Made by a program: the position numbers and the translations under genes. Shown here in pieces: positions 1 to 10,992 of a stretch of 45,539 bases of DNA. Location: assembly GCA_032718475.1 (NCBI GenBank), contig JAUCBJ010008592.1, positions 1 to 45,539 on the forward strand, written 5' to 3'. Numbering within the stretch: the first letter of the stretch is position 1; each line of letters starts with the position of its first letter. This DNA is from Nemertoderma westbladi (Eukaryota; Animalia; Xenacoelomorpha). The notes under the pieces were generated by a model that saw only the letters and a list, made by a program, of their open reading frames with translations, had not been told where the DNA came from and searched no databases.

Positions 1-1468
1 TGTCATCGCTTCCAGTAGTATCCTGTTGAAACCGAATTTCAATGGATTGTTGCACAGCCAGTGGTACAATCACAGCGCGGTTATTACCAAAGTATGACCA
101 GAATCGCTTGGGGCTATTTTTATATAAACTTGATGCTTTCAGCAGATTTGTACGCACCTTGTCCTTTATAAGTTTACTCTGTAGATGACGAACAACCGCT
201 TTAGAAGATTGGAAAGCTTTCCTCAAATGCTCCTTCACCTTATTATCAGTCGCTTGCTTCCACATGCTGTGCAAACGTCTTGTCACAATTACCCTTTCCT
301 TTAGTGAGGAACAGTTGATCCACGGTTTGCGCCTTTGTCTAATCCGCCTCCGAATTGGTATGTATCGCTGCGATGCACTAGATAAGATGTCTTCAACTCT
401 TGCAGTATAATTATGGAGATCCTGTATCGTCCATATGCATAATTTGCTTTCATAATTGTTATTTAGCTCTATTAATTCCGTTTCCACCATGTTTGCATAT
501 GCTTCAATCTTCTTTTTTGTAGCGCGGTTCCAATTGTAACGAACAATACTCAAGTGTTTTGCAGTTTTTGATGCATCAGGGTTATGTGATTTTGTTGGTG
601 TCTCTATCCCAATAGTTGCTACTACTGGAACATGATCGGAGTTGTTAACTGAGGGATCCATAGACAACACTTTGCCACTGATCTTTAGAGTCCCATTTGA
701 TACAGTGACGATATGATCCAGGTAGGAGATGCCTACTCCACTTCTATAAAACGTGTGTTTCGGTCCTGAGAATGAAACATATGTGTCCACTGCTGTCATT
801 CCACAACTCTCTAGAAAATTGTTGAATTTCTTTCCCCTGGACGTGGCAGTGAATCTACTATATCGATTACCCTGTAGTGAACCCAGGTCGGCATTGCAGT
901 CTGAGAGTAGAACAGGTATAGCGGTGTGGTTTTCACTTATTACCGCCTGTACCTGGCCAAGATAATGGTCGTACGTAGCACAGGGTTTACATGCATCTGG
1001 TGCATATCCAGAGAGAAACAAATACTCAGCTCCATTGCTCTTTATTGTAGTTCTTATTCCAACAACACTATCACTGACAGTTATTGGAGAGATGTCCGAA
1101 TAAATAGACTTCCTGACAAATATAGCTACACCACCTCTGTTCATGTAGTTATAGGTTTTATCAGAAGTTGCATATACGCAGTAAAACTCATCATTAAAAT
1201 CTGTAAGCAGTTCTTTAGCCTCTTGTTGATCTAGCCAGTGTTCCTGCAGCCCCAATATATCTGTATTTACTAATAGCGTATTAATGTAAGCCACATTATT
1301 TTCAAAACCACGACAATTGTAAGTTATTACTCTAATATTGGAGTCAATTTCACATTTCACATCCCTCCCAAAATTAATAATTTCCTTTTGACTGCCACGA
1401 ACAGATCCACATTCGAGTTTATAATTGAATTGTTTGTGGTTCTGTTCTTGATTTATGTCTCTGCGCAT
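1..1468 (-). CDS. LINE ORF2, N-terminal part (AP endonuclease plus linker), partial at window edge
   Basis: Manual translation from ATG at 1468: VITYNCRG, ILGLQEHWL, RGGVAIFV, GYAP, LLSDCNAD, SYLDHI, NSDHVPV, RKPWIN, SPKRFWSYF. Spot-checked motifs share one frame and no stop was seen before base 1, which explains its absence from the ORF track. Confidence 0.9.
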   Translation of the reverse strand, partial: MRRDINQEQNHKQFNYKLECGSVRGSQKEIINFGRDVKCEIDSNIRVITYNCRGFENNVAYINTLLVNTDILGLQEHWLDQQEAKELLTDFNDEFYCVYATSDKTYNYMNRGGVAIFVRKSIYSDISPITVSDSVVGIRTTIKSNGAEYLFLSGYAPDACKPCATYDHYLGQVQAVISENHTAIPVLLSDCNADLGSLQGNRYSRFTATSRGKKFNNFLESCGMTAVDTYVSFSGPKHTFYRSGVGISYLDHIVTVSNGTLKISGKVLSMDPSVNNSDHVPVVATIGIETPTKSHNPDASKTAKHLSIVRYNWNRATKKKIEAYANMVETELIELNNNYESKLCIWTIQDLHNYTARVEDILSSASQRYIPIRRRIRQRRKPWINCSSLKERVIVTRRLHSMWKQATDNKVKEHLRKAFQSSKAVVRHLQSKLIKDKVRTNLLKASSLYKNSPKRFWSYFGNNRAVIVPLAVQQSIEIRFQQDTTGSDD

Positions 1469-1532
1469 TCGTTTTGTCCATACCCAGTTCCTACAAGTCC
1501 TCTTCCTCCAGCCATTCCTCCATTGAATATTG

Positions 1533-4500
1533 TTAAAGAGAATGCCTGTGCCCACTCCCCACGCTATCTCTATGGTTCCAAGTCCGGCAGCGAATGCTGT
1601 GTCGAGGCCAGAAGGTATCACTCAGTATTTTTACTTCATCTTCATACGATCCTCCTACAGTTGCAAAGCGCATAGTCCGCCATGCTCCATGGTTCCTCGT
1701 TGTTATGCGATCAACTGTAATATTATGGGCTGCAAGAAAGTCCGTGATATCACCTTCGGTACACGTACGACGCAGACCAGTTAGATGGTAAGAGCCAGCG
1801 GTATGTCCATGAGCGGTGTGTCCAACACTGGAAGAGTATCCATTTTCTTTGCTGGTGATATGCTTGTGAGTATCAAGACGAGTCATTTTTAGCATGTTGG
1901 AATCATTGAATAGTATTGAACCCTTTAGATTATGATAACGTCCATTTATCAACTCCTTGTCTGTCATTGACTGCCTTGAAGTACCCCTCTTTCCAGGGAT
2001 ATTAACCTGAGTTGATTTATGCACTTTGCTTGATGCTAGATACTGCTTACTCCCCGTCATTCTCAGAGTAGAATGTGTGCTTGTCATCTCTGAGTTTGCA
2101 TTAGCCCCAGGGACATCTATTTTGCATACCATAGGTGGGGGATCAAGTCTTCCAACCTCCACACGTCCCCTTGAGTCCGTATGAACTGGTTTCAATACAG
2201 TGGCCTCACTACCAATGGCATCCATTATTTCGTGACGGTGTTCTGCTTCTTTAATTGTAACATCTTTGTATTTTGATTCTACACTGTGCTCTTCTTCCAA
2301 TAGGCTATAGCGGTTGCTTGTAGGTATTATAGGTAAATGTGTGTGAGAGATCAGTTTCGGCTTCCCAGTTGATTTACGTTTTTTCTTCTTAGCGGAGGAT
2401 CTAAATAATATATTGGTTGCGTCACTAACTGTTGGTGGTGATTTGTTTACTACAGAGATATCACCGCCTGAAGATGATGAACAGCTGGTGTTACTGAACC
2501 CCGTACAGCTGGCTGAGTCAACAACTACATAGCTGGAATCTGGACTAGAGTAGTTGCTTGTATGTTGTGCATCTGTATTGCTGCCACGAGAGACCCTCTG
2601 TGCGTGATCAATGCCCCATATATTATTAACATATACGTTATCTGTTGAGTCTTTCATTATTCTATTCGTAATTTTCAATTTGTTAAGATCAGCTTGCAAA
2701 ACCAGTCTGGCATTTCGTTCATGTATTACTTCATCACTAAGCCTTCTATTCTCCTCATTGAGCCTCTCAAAATGTGCTTCCATTTCACTTAATCTTCCTT
2801 GTAAAGTCATTGTAACAGTCAGGAGATCGTTTTTTAGACTTTCAACACTGGAACTTTCACCCACGAGAGAAGATGCAGTCTTTAGCCGTTTGCGAAGGGA
2901 GTCAAGTAGCTTCCCCTCATATAGACACCGCAGCATTTCATATATGTCATTGCATAGCTCTGAGGCAGAGGCCCGTTTCTTTAGTTGTAGCGACATTGCT
3001 AGAATTGGCGACATGTATATCTGAACATCCTTAAGTAATCCTTTACGTATAGTATCAAGGTCATCACTTGGTATGCATGATATTGCTTTCAGTGCATCTT
3101 TTCTAGGCAGTGGAACAATGGCATTGGCCCATTGGTGATTGCGATGTTGTGCTGGACTTGTCTCGTAGGTGAATGGTTGAGTTTGTGGGCTTGGACTGAT
3201 GACATCGCTGCAGCCGTTCGATAAGAGGGTGGCACGTGTGTCATTCACATATTCATTATGATGTGTGCTTGTTGGGTTTAGCATGTTTGATTGTCCACTC
3301 AGTCTGATGCATTCATCTAGTTTTATTCTAACATCTGTTAGACATCCTTTTAGCCACTCCCTAAGGATAGAGCTCTCATTATGAAATTCTAGTACGTTAT
3401 CTAATCCTAAGGCAGTTGCCAGAGCATAGATGCATACAAAAGCTCCACAGTCATGATCATTATCTTGTCCTGGAAATGGTCGTTCTATACACACCGGTTT
3501 CCATTTCGGTTTGGAGCCATCTATATCCTTAATATGTTCAATAAGATTAAGCACATTACAAATCTTCTGGTCAATTACCATTGAACTTCTTGGTCTACTC
3601 TTGATTGAACATAGCGTGTGTACTGTCCTTGAGTCACAGGCGGCAACATGTAGAACAAAATGTGGAGGTGCGACAAGGTGCTCGGGTATTAGCAACATCT
3701 TCACTTTAGAGATGTCATGATAGGATGTTATATATCGAATTGCCATTGCCATGTCGAACGTATCCTGATTTAATTTCGAGCAAAATGCTTCCTGAATGCA
3801 TGCAATGTCACTTAGTTGTCGGTTCAATATTGTGAGGAAACCATCAATTATACCTGTGTTTAGATGACTTTTCCCCCGAAAGTAATCTAACTCAGATTGG
3901 TGCAGGGGCTGAAATGATAGGGTTTCTTGTCTTGGTGGGTATGTTGCAGCTTTAACTATCTCGGCATCATCAGTGACACTAAGTTGGTCAGGAAATATGC
4001 CAGCATCTATATACTGACTCATCTGTGATATTTCCTCAATGTCACTCTGTGTACAATTATTGATGAGTGTTTTGGAGGTAGCATTGTTTGCATCCATATC
4101 TTTGCTGGTGAGAACAAAGGTGTTGATGGTTGTATCTTTACAATGATCCCTAATCACTTTTGAGTTCGGTCCAGGGACCCACGGGGGAAGGTGCGGATTC
4201 AGGTGCAGGTGTGGACTGCAAGGGGGTATGTTACCATTATCCAGCATTTTTTTGTTGTCATTGTCTTCATCCAAAAGTATGAGTGGTATATCACAAACAG
4301 GTGTACCGTTCCCTGCAGTAGCATATGGCATCCCATTGCTGTCATCGTCATGTAGAGTTTCGGATTGTACATTTGATGCTGAGGTGCTAATGATCTTTTT
4401 GCTATATGGTTTATGCTTCCTTTTCTTGGCGATATTCTTTGACATTGGTGCCTTTTTATAAGGGATATCGTTTGTCATTGATGCAGGTGTTATTAATCTG

Positions 4501-7199
4501 GATGATGATCGTGTGGCTGTGGTAGTAATGTGATTTCTGACTTTCCAAATATCATTTATCGCATCATTGTCCACTAAGTCCTCCACAAGTACAGTGGGGG
4601 GAGACACCGAGCCGCAGCCAGCTGAGGAAGTCGTCGGAGTAACCGAACTGAAGCCAGCCAAGGAAGTCGTCGGAGTAACCGAACTGCAGCCAGCCAAGGT
4701 AGTCGTTGGAGTAACCGAACCGCAGCCAGACGAGGAAGTCGTCGGAGAAACCGAACCGCAACCAGCCAAGAAAGTCATTGGAGTAACGGAACCGCAACCT
4801 GCCAAGGAAGTCGTCGGAGAAGCCGAACTGAACCTAGCCGAGGACATCTTCGGAGAAACCGAACTGTAACGAGCCGAGGAAGTCGTCAGAGAAACCGAAC
4901 CGCATCCAGCTGAGGAAGTCGTCAGAGAAACCGAACCGAAACCAGCCGAGGAAGTTGTCAGAGAAACCGAACCGATACCAGCCAAGGAAATCGTCGGAGA
5001 AACCGAACCGAAACCAGCCAAGGAAGTCGTCGGAGAAACCGAACCGAAACTAGCCGAGGAAGTCGTCGGAGAAACCGAACTGCAGCCAGATGAGGAAGTC
5101 GTCGGAGAAACCGAACTACAACCAGCCAAAGAAATCGCCGGAGTAACGGAACAGCAACCAGCCAAGGAAGCCGTTGGAGAAGCCGAACTGAAACCAGCCG
5201 AGGACATCTTCGGAGAAACCGAACTGCAACCAGCCGAGGAAGTCGTCAGAGAAACCGAACCGCATCCAGCCGAGGAAGTCGTCAGAGAAACCGAACCGAA
5301 ACCAGCCAAGCAAGTCGTTGGAGAAACCGAACCGAAACCAGCCGAGGAAATCGTCGGAGAAACCGAACCGAAACCAGCCAAGCAAGTCGTTGGAGAACCC
5401 GAACCGAAACCAGCCGAGGAAATCGTCGGAGAAACCGAACCGAAACCAGCCAAGCAAGTCGTTGGAGAAACCGAACCGAAACCAGCCGAGGAAATCGTCG
5501 GAGAAACCGAACCGAAACTAGCCGAGGAAGTCGTCGGAGAAACCGAACCGAAACCAGCCGAGGAAGTCGCTGGAGTAACCGAACCGCAGCCAGCCGAGGA
5601 AGTCATCGGAGAAACCGAACCGCATCCAGCCAAGGAAGTCGTTGGAGAAGCGGAACTGAAACCAGCCGAGGAAGTCGTCGGAGAAACCGAACCGAAACCA
5701 GCCAAGGAAGTCGTTGAAGAAGCGGAACTGAAACCAGCCGAGAAAGTCGCTGGAGTGACCGAACCACAGCCAGCCGAGGAAGTCATCGGAGAAACCGAAC
5801 CGAAACCAGCCGAGGAAATCGTCGGAGAAACCGAACCGAAACTAGCCGAGGAAGTCGTCGGAGAAACCGAACCAAAACCAGCCGAGAAAGTCGCTGGAGT
5901 GACCGAACCGCAGCCAGCCGAGGAAGTCATCGGAGAAACCGAACCGCATCCAGCCGAGGAAGTCGTCGGAGAAACGGAACCGCAACCAGCCAAGGAAGTC
6001 ATCGGAGAAACCGAACCGAAACCAGCCAAGGAAGTCGTCGGAGAAACCGAACCGCAACCAGCCGAGGAAGTCGTCGGAGAAGCGGAACTGAAACCAGCCG
6101 AGGAAGTCATCGGAGAAACCGAACCGAAACCAGCCAAGGAAGTCGTCGGAGAAACCGAACCGAAACTAGCCGAGGAAGTCGTCGGAGAAACCGAACCGCA
6201 ACCAGACGAGGAAGTCGTCGGAGAAACCGAACCGCAACCAGACGAGGAAGTCGTTGGAGAAGCGGAACTGAAACCAGCCGAGGAAGTCGTCGGAGAAACC
6301 GAACCGCAACCAGACGAGGAAGTCGTCGGAGAAACCGAACCGCAACCAGCCGAGGAAGTCGTCGGAGAAGCGGAACTGAAACCAGCCGAGGAAGTCATCG
6401 GAGAAACCGAACCGAAACCAGCCAAGGAAGTCGTCGGAGAAACCGAACCGAAACCAGCCGAGGAAGTTGTCAGAGAAACCGAACCGAAACCAGCCGAGGA
6501 AATCGTCGGAGAAACCGAACCGAAACTAGCCGAGGAAGTCGTCGGAGAAACCGAACCGCAACCAGACGAGGAAGTCGTCGGAGAAACCGAACCGCAACCA
6601 GACGAGGAAGTCGTTGGAGAAGCGGAACTGAAACCAGCCGAGGAAGTCGTCGGAGAAACCGAACCGCAACCAGACGAGGAAGTCGTCGGAGAAACCGAAC
6701 CGCAACCAGACGAGGAAGTCGTTGGAGAAGCGGAACTGAAACCAGCCGAGGAAGTCGTCGGAGAAACCGAACCGAAACCAGCCGAGAAAGTCATTGGAGA
6801 AACCGAACCGAGACCTCCCGAGGAAGTCGTCGGAGTCGGAGAAACTGAACCGCAACCAGCCGAGGAAGACGTCGGAGAAGCGGAACTGAAACCAGCCAAG
6901 GGAGTCATTGGGTCAAACTGGGTCGTTATATGGGTTCTATCATTAGAAATTCCAGTACATTCCACATCTTCGAGTAAGGGTCCGCGACTTCGTGTGGAAT
7001 AGACACGGTTGTTAGTTTTTTGACCTTGTCTTGGGTGCGGAGTTCTGAGCAACGTAGATGTTCGCGTTTGGCTAGTATCTGACATGTCGCATCTCCGCTT
7101 GCCCTTGTTCAGATTCGGGCGAGGTATTCCTGTTGTTGGCTCACCTTCTGGCAGGAATGACCTTTTTTGTTTAACCGGTGTGCGGAGAATATTAGGCAT
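1533..7199 (-). CDS. Giant LINE ORF1 (1888 aa): S/T/P tandem repeat, Ulp1/SENP-like protease, coiled coil, RRM-like C-terminus
   Basis: ORF track. C-terminal [27 protein letters not shown] and [10 protein letters not shown] resemble ORF1 motifs of CR1/L2-group LINEs; heptad-rich segment at ~2670-2860; protease motifs at ~3330-3920. Confidence 0.85.
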   Translation of the reverse strand: MPNILRTPVKQKRSFLPEGEPTTGIPRPNLNKGKRRCDMSDTSQTRTSTLLRTPHPRQGQKTNNRVYSTRSRGPLLEDVECTGISNDRTHITTQFDPMTPLAGFSSASPTSSSAGCGSVSPTPTTSSGGLGSVSPMTFSAGFGSVSPTTSSAGFSSASPTTSSSGCGSVSPTTSSSGCGSVSPTTSSAGFSSASPTTSSSGCGSVSPTTSSSGCGSVSPTTSSASFGSVSPTISSAGFGSVSLTTSSAGFGSVSPTTSLAGFGSVSPMTSSAGFSSASPTTSSAGCGSVSPTTSSSGCGSVSPTTSSAGFSSASPTTSSSGCGSVSPTTSSSGCGSVSPTTSSASFGSVSPTTSLAGFGSVSPMTSSAGFSSASPTTSSAGCGSVSPTTSLAGFGSVSPMTSLAGCGSVSPTTSSAGCGSVSPMTSSAGCGSVTPATFSAGFGSVSPTTSSASFGSVSPTISSAGFGSVSPMTSSAGCGSVTPATFSAGFSSASSTTSLAGFGSVSPTTSSAGFSSASPTTSLAGCGSVSPMTSSAGCGSVTPATSSAGFGSVSPTTSSASFGSVSPTISSAGFGSVSPTTCLAGFGSVSPTISSAGFGSGSPTTCLAGFGSVSPTISSAGFGSVSPTTCLAGFGSVSLTTSSAGCGSVSLTTSSAGCSSVSPKMSSAGFSSASPTASLAGCCSVTPAISLAGCSSVSPTTSSSGCSSVSPTTSSASFGSVSPTTSLAGFGSVSPTISLAGIGSVSLTTSSAGFGSVSLTTSSAGCGSVSLTTSSARYSSVSPKMSSARFSSASPTTSLAGCGSVTPMTFLAGCGSVSPTTSSSGCGSVTPTTTLAGCSSVTPTTSLAGFSSVTPTTSSAGCGSVSPPTVLVEDLVDNDAINDIWKVRNHITTTATRSSSRLITPASMTNDIPYKKAPMSKNIAKKRKHKPYSKKIISTSASNVQSETLHDDDSNGMPYATAGNGTPVCDIPLILLDEDNDNKKMLDNGNIPPCSPHLHLNPHLPPWVPGPNSKVIRDHCKDTTINTFVLTSKDMDANNATSKTLINNCTQSDIEEISQMSQYIDAGIFPDQLSVTDDAEIVKAATYPPRQETLSFQPLHQSELDYFRGKSHLNTGIIDGFLTILNRQLSDIACIQEAFCSKLNQDTFDMAMAIRYITSYHDISKVKMLLIPEHLVAPPHFVLHVAACDSRTVHTLCSIKSRPRSSMVIDQKICNVLNLIEHIKDIDGSKPKWKPVCIERPFPGQDNDHDCGAFVCIYALATALGLDNVLEFHNESSILREWLKGCLTDVRIKLDECIRLSGQSNMLNPTSTHHNEYVNDTRATLLSNGCSDVISPSPQTQPFTYETSPAQHRNHQWANAIVPLPRKDALKAISCIPSDDLDTIRKGLLKDVQIYMSPILAMSLQLKKRASASELCNDIYEMLRCLYEGKLLDSLRKRLKTASSLVGESSSVESLKNDLLTVTMTLQGRLSEMEAHFERLNEENRRLSDEVIHERNARLVLQADLNKLKITNRIMKDSTDNVYVNNIWGIDHAQRVSRGSNTDAQHTSNYSSPDSSYVVVDSASCTGFSNTSCSSSSGGDISVVNKSPPTVSDATNILFRSSAKKKKRKSTGKPKLISHTHLPIIPTSNRYSLLEEEHSVESKYKDVTIKEAEHRHEIMDAIGSEATVLKPVHTDSRGRVEVGRLDPPPMVCKIDVPGANANSEMTSTHSTLRMTGSKQYLASSKVHKSTQVNIPGKRGTSRQSMTDKELINGRYHNLKGSILFNDSNMLKMTRLDTHKHITSKENGYSSSVGHTAHGHTAGSYHLTGLRRTCTEGDITDFLAAHNITVDRITTRNHGAWRTMRFATVGGSYEDEVKILSDTFWPRHSIRCRTWNHRDSVGSGHRHSL
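3330..3920 (-). other. Ulp1/SENP-like (peptidase C48) domain within ORF1
   Basis: [11 protein letters not shown] (cf. WLNDEVINFY), LLIPEH..PHFVLHV (cf. IPIH..HWSL; His at 3660-3662), [16 protein letters not shown] (cf. QxNxxDCGxF; Cys at 3447-3449). Confidence 0.8.
4600..6905 (-). repeat. Coding minisatellite, 36-bp unit, ~64 copies (12-aa [12 protein letters not shown])
   Basis: Plus-strand consensus CCAGCCGAGGAAGTCGTCGGAGAAACCGAACCGAAA; frame of ORF1 preserved throughout. Confidence 0.97.
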
Positions 7200-7712
7200 A
7201 GCTCACGCAGATTCCAGCTATCGGTACCTGAATTATAATAAGGTTGGGACTCACTGAACCTGGCTTCTTCTTACCAAATAAATGGATGGAGGCGTCTCTG
7301 TCCTCCACCCACCAGGGACAGTTACCAACTGATTGATGACCGACAGGTGTATATGGTATATGGTTAATGTTATAATACAGCAATTTATCAGTAACAGTTT
7401 CAGTTGATTAATTTTATAATTTTGATAGAGCGCCACGTCCTAAAGGAACTGTTAATATTTCCCGAAAGTGAATAATAATTGTCAGAGATTATATATTACG
7501 ATCAGTCGAATAATACAGTAGGCTTACACCATCAATCATTAAGCTCCGAACTCAGTCTCCCGGGTATATCCAACGGGTGAATGATTGCGCATAGACTGGC
7601 TTCGGCTAATGTAGTATGCCAAATACTCGTCATAAAGCTAAAGACTATATATCCTCTAAAAGACATTCTAATTTTGGCAGGTTAAACTGTCAAAGGTCTT
7701 CAAAGCGCAAAC

Positions 7713-8006
7713 AGGATCCAAGTTGGATGTTGGAGGGATCCAAGTTGGATGTTGGACGGATCCAAGTTGGATGTTGGACGGATCCAAGTTGGATGTTGGA
7801 CGGATCCAAGTTGGATGTTGGAGGGATCCAAGTTGGATGTTGGACGGATCCAAGTTGGATGTTGGACGGATCCAAGTTGGATGTTGGACGGATCCAAGTT
7901 TGATGTTGGAGGGATACAAGTTGTTGGAGGGATCCAAGTTGGATGTTGGACGGATCCAAGTTGGATGTTGGACGGATCCTAGTTTGATGTTGGAGGGATA
8001 CAAGTT
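7713..8006. repeat. 22-bp minisatellite, ~13 copies
   Basis: Unit GGATCCAAGTTGGATGTTGGA(C/G), decaying toward the right; followed by a (TTTG)n microsatellite at ~8031-8068. Confidence 0.95.
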
Positions 8007-8849
8007 GTATGTACATATTTCTCACACGTGTTTTTTGTTTGTTTGTTTGTGTGTTTGTTTGTTTGTACACACAACTGCTTGCACTTAATGTTGATGGAAT
8101 TACCTACCATAATCGTAGAATTCACTCAATCAAAATTCTGTCCACACCCCATAGGGAGCATCTATTGTTGGACATGCTTTCTACAAAATTTAGCTTTATT
8201 TCGTTTAGAATTGTAGGAGAAGATACATTTCTTACAAACAGTGTTTTAACATACAATAATTATATACTACTATTGTGTACTTCGCCCAATGTTTCATTTT
8301 TCGTTATTAGGCTCCCTACATAGGCGCGTAATTTATTACAACAATATTGATAACATTGATAACAATAGATCCGTTCATTATTGCCAGCTCTGCTGGCACG
8401 CTTGTACTATTAGTAGAGTGCAATGTATTGTAATATACTATAATATTTTGTTTATGTATGGATATCTGAGACGGAGGAGGGGGGGGGGGGGGGCTCAAAG
8501 TTAAATTATCAATAAAGAGAAAGGAGCAGGTTACAGTGGAGTGGCACGGTATTCTAACTAAAGCAATAAACTAAAGTCAATAGAACAGGTTTCGGCTTTA
8601 TTTGGGAGTAATCAGCTGTTATTTGCGTCGATATTCCCCCGGAGCGGGATGAATTTTATTGCGTCGAAAGTTCCCCCCCCCCCCCCCCCCCCCCCCACTC
8701 TGGAACATCTACGTAATAATATTTTTAAGGCATGTTCACATAACGTACCTTGTGTAATACTTGTCAAGGCATCTGCCCCGGCTAAATTGCACCGGACAAA
8801 GCGTGAATCCCTTTATTTTAATGTTTAACTAATGGTTCGGGTTGGGTTA

Positions 8850-9335
8850 ACTTTGTATAAGGAATGTTCCTCAGTTTCGGTGCGCCCTAGGGTAATTTTA
8901 CCATTCCTAAATGCTTTTTGATTGCCAGGTAAGAGGAGTCTCACAGGGGGACCCTTATTAGGTTGGGCATTATTCTGTTAAATAGTTTATGGGCTGAAAT
9001 TCTAGGTGATTACGCGATAAACCCATACAGTTGACAACCTCCCTTATTTGCGACAGCAATCATGTTATTTTCGCAATTTCTTGTGGGAAAATCTTAATTT
9101 GATAAAAATTATGTCTTGATGAAAAGGCCTTCATGGGCCATGATTACATCGGAAGGTCCAACACATGCTTTTTGTGTTAAAAGCAGCTCAATCAGTTCTA
9201 CTTCTGCAAAAGTGATATCGCCAGTGGGGTTATATGTGGCGCACTTTGGAGCGAGTGGCATTCAATGCATATATAGATAGAGTAGGCATAGTCATGTGAT
9301 TGTTGTTGAGCAGTTTCTCGAAGTGAGTCTTTATA
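8850..9335 (-). pseudogene. Heavily degraded RTE LINE fragment
   Basis: Reverse-strand remnants KTHFEKLLNN (~9302-9331), PTGDITFAEV (~9199-9229), KLFNRIMPN and LPGNQKAFRNG align with the RTE ORF at 12298-13713. Confidence 0.75.
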
Positions 9336-9442
9336 CTAACAAAAGGGAATTTTCGACCACTGAGGTCTAAGTTGTTAGTGTACCTGTACATCTATAGAAA
9401 ATCATGAAATTTTGGATTACTCATGGTTCTCATGGTACATGT

Positions 9443-10992
9443 GTATACACTCAACTGGTATACACTCAACTGGTATACACTCAACTGGTATACACTCAAC
9501 TGGTATACACTCAACTGGAATATACTCAACCGGTGTACACTTAACCGGTATACTGTACACTCAACCGGTATACACTAACTGGTATACACTAAACTGGTAT
9601 ACACTCAACTGGTATACACTCAACTGGTATACACTCAACTGGTATACACTCAACTGGTATACACTCAACTGGTATACACTCAACTGGTATACACTCAACT
9701 GGAATATACTCAACCGGTGTACACTTAACCGGTATACTGTACACTCAACCGGTATACACTCAACTGGTATACACTCTACTGGTGTACACTTAACCGGTAT
9801 ACACTGAACTGGTATACACTCAACTGGTATACACTAAACTGGTATACACTCAACTGGTATACACTCATCTGGTATTCACTCAACCGGTGTACACTTAACC
9901 GGTATACTGTACACTCAACCGGTATACACTCAACTGGTATACACTCTACTGGTGTACACTTAACCGGTATACACTCAACTGGTATACACTCAACTGGTAT
10001 ACACTTAACCGGTATACTGTACACTCAACCGGTATACACTCAACTGTTATACACTCTACTGGTGTACACGTAACTTGTATACACTCAACTGGTACACACT
10101 CAACTGGTATACACTCAACTGGTATACACTCAACTGGTATACACTCAACTGGTATATACTCAACCGGTGTACACTTAACCGGTATACTGTACACTCAACC
10201 GGTATACACTCAACTGGTATCACTAAACTGGTATACACTCAACTGGTATACACTCAACTGGTATATACTCAACCGGTGTACACTTAACCGGTATACTGTA
10301 CACTCAACCGGCATACACTCAACTGGTATACACTCAACTGGTATACACTAAACTGGTATAAACTCAACTGGTATACACTCAACTGGTATACACTCATCTG
10401 GTATTCACTCAACCGGTGTACACTTAACCGGTATACTGTACACTCAACCGATATACACTCAACTGGTATACACTCAACTGGTATACACTCAACCGGTGTA
10501 CACTTAACCGGTATACTGTACACTCAACCGGTATACACTCAATTGGTATACACTCAACTGGTATACACTCAACTGGTATACACTCAACTGGTATACACTC
10601 AACTGGTATACACTAAACTGGTATACACTCAACCGGTATAAACTCAACTGGTATACACTAAACTGGTATAAACTCAACTGGTATACACTCAACTGGTATA
10701 CACTCATCTGGTATTCACTCAACCGGTGTACACTTAACCGGTATACTGTACACTCAACTGGTATACACTCAACTGGTATACACTCAACTGGTATACACTC
10801 AACTGGTATACACTCAACTGGTATACACTCAACTGGTATATACTCAACCGGTGTACACTTAACCGGTATACTGTACACTCAACCGGCATACACTCAACTG
10901 GTATACACTCAACTGGTATACACTAAACTGGTATACACTCAACTGGTATACACTCAATCGGTTACACTCAACTGGTATACACTCAACCGGTA
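9443..10992. repeat. 15-bp satellite, left arm (~100 units)
   Basis: Unit TATACACTCAACTGG with recurring variant block CAACCGGTGTACACTTAACCGGTATACTGTACACT. Confidence 0.98.

Larger units (their letters stand above)
1..7712 (-). mobile_element. Two-ORF APE-type non-LTR retrotransposon (CR1/L2/RTEX-like; clade not resolvable without the RT), running off the left edge; 5' boundary approximate
   Basis: Uninterrupted ORF1 (7199-1533) followed directly by an AP-endonuclease ORF2 on the same strand; about 500 bp of unique sequence upstream ends at the 22-bp array. Confidence 0.85.

Noticed and set aside
1533-7199. Host mucin or host SENP gene
   Set aside because: No signal peptide or introns seen, LINE ORF1-like C-terminus, and immediate linkage to an APE ORF2 favour a retrotransposon ORF.
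7616-8088. Overlapping ORFs on both strands
   Set aside because: Translations of the 22-bp minisatellite cycling through frames.
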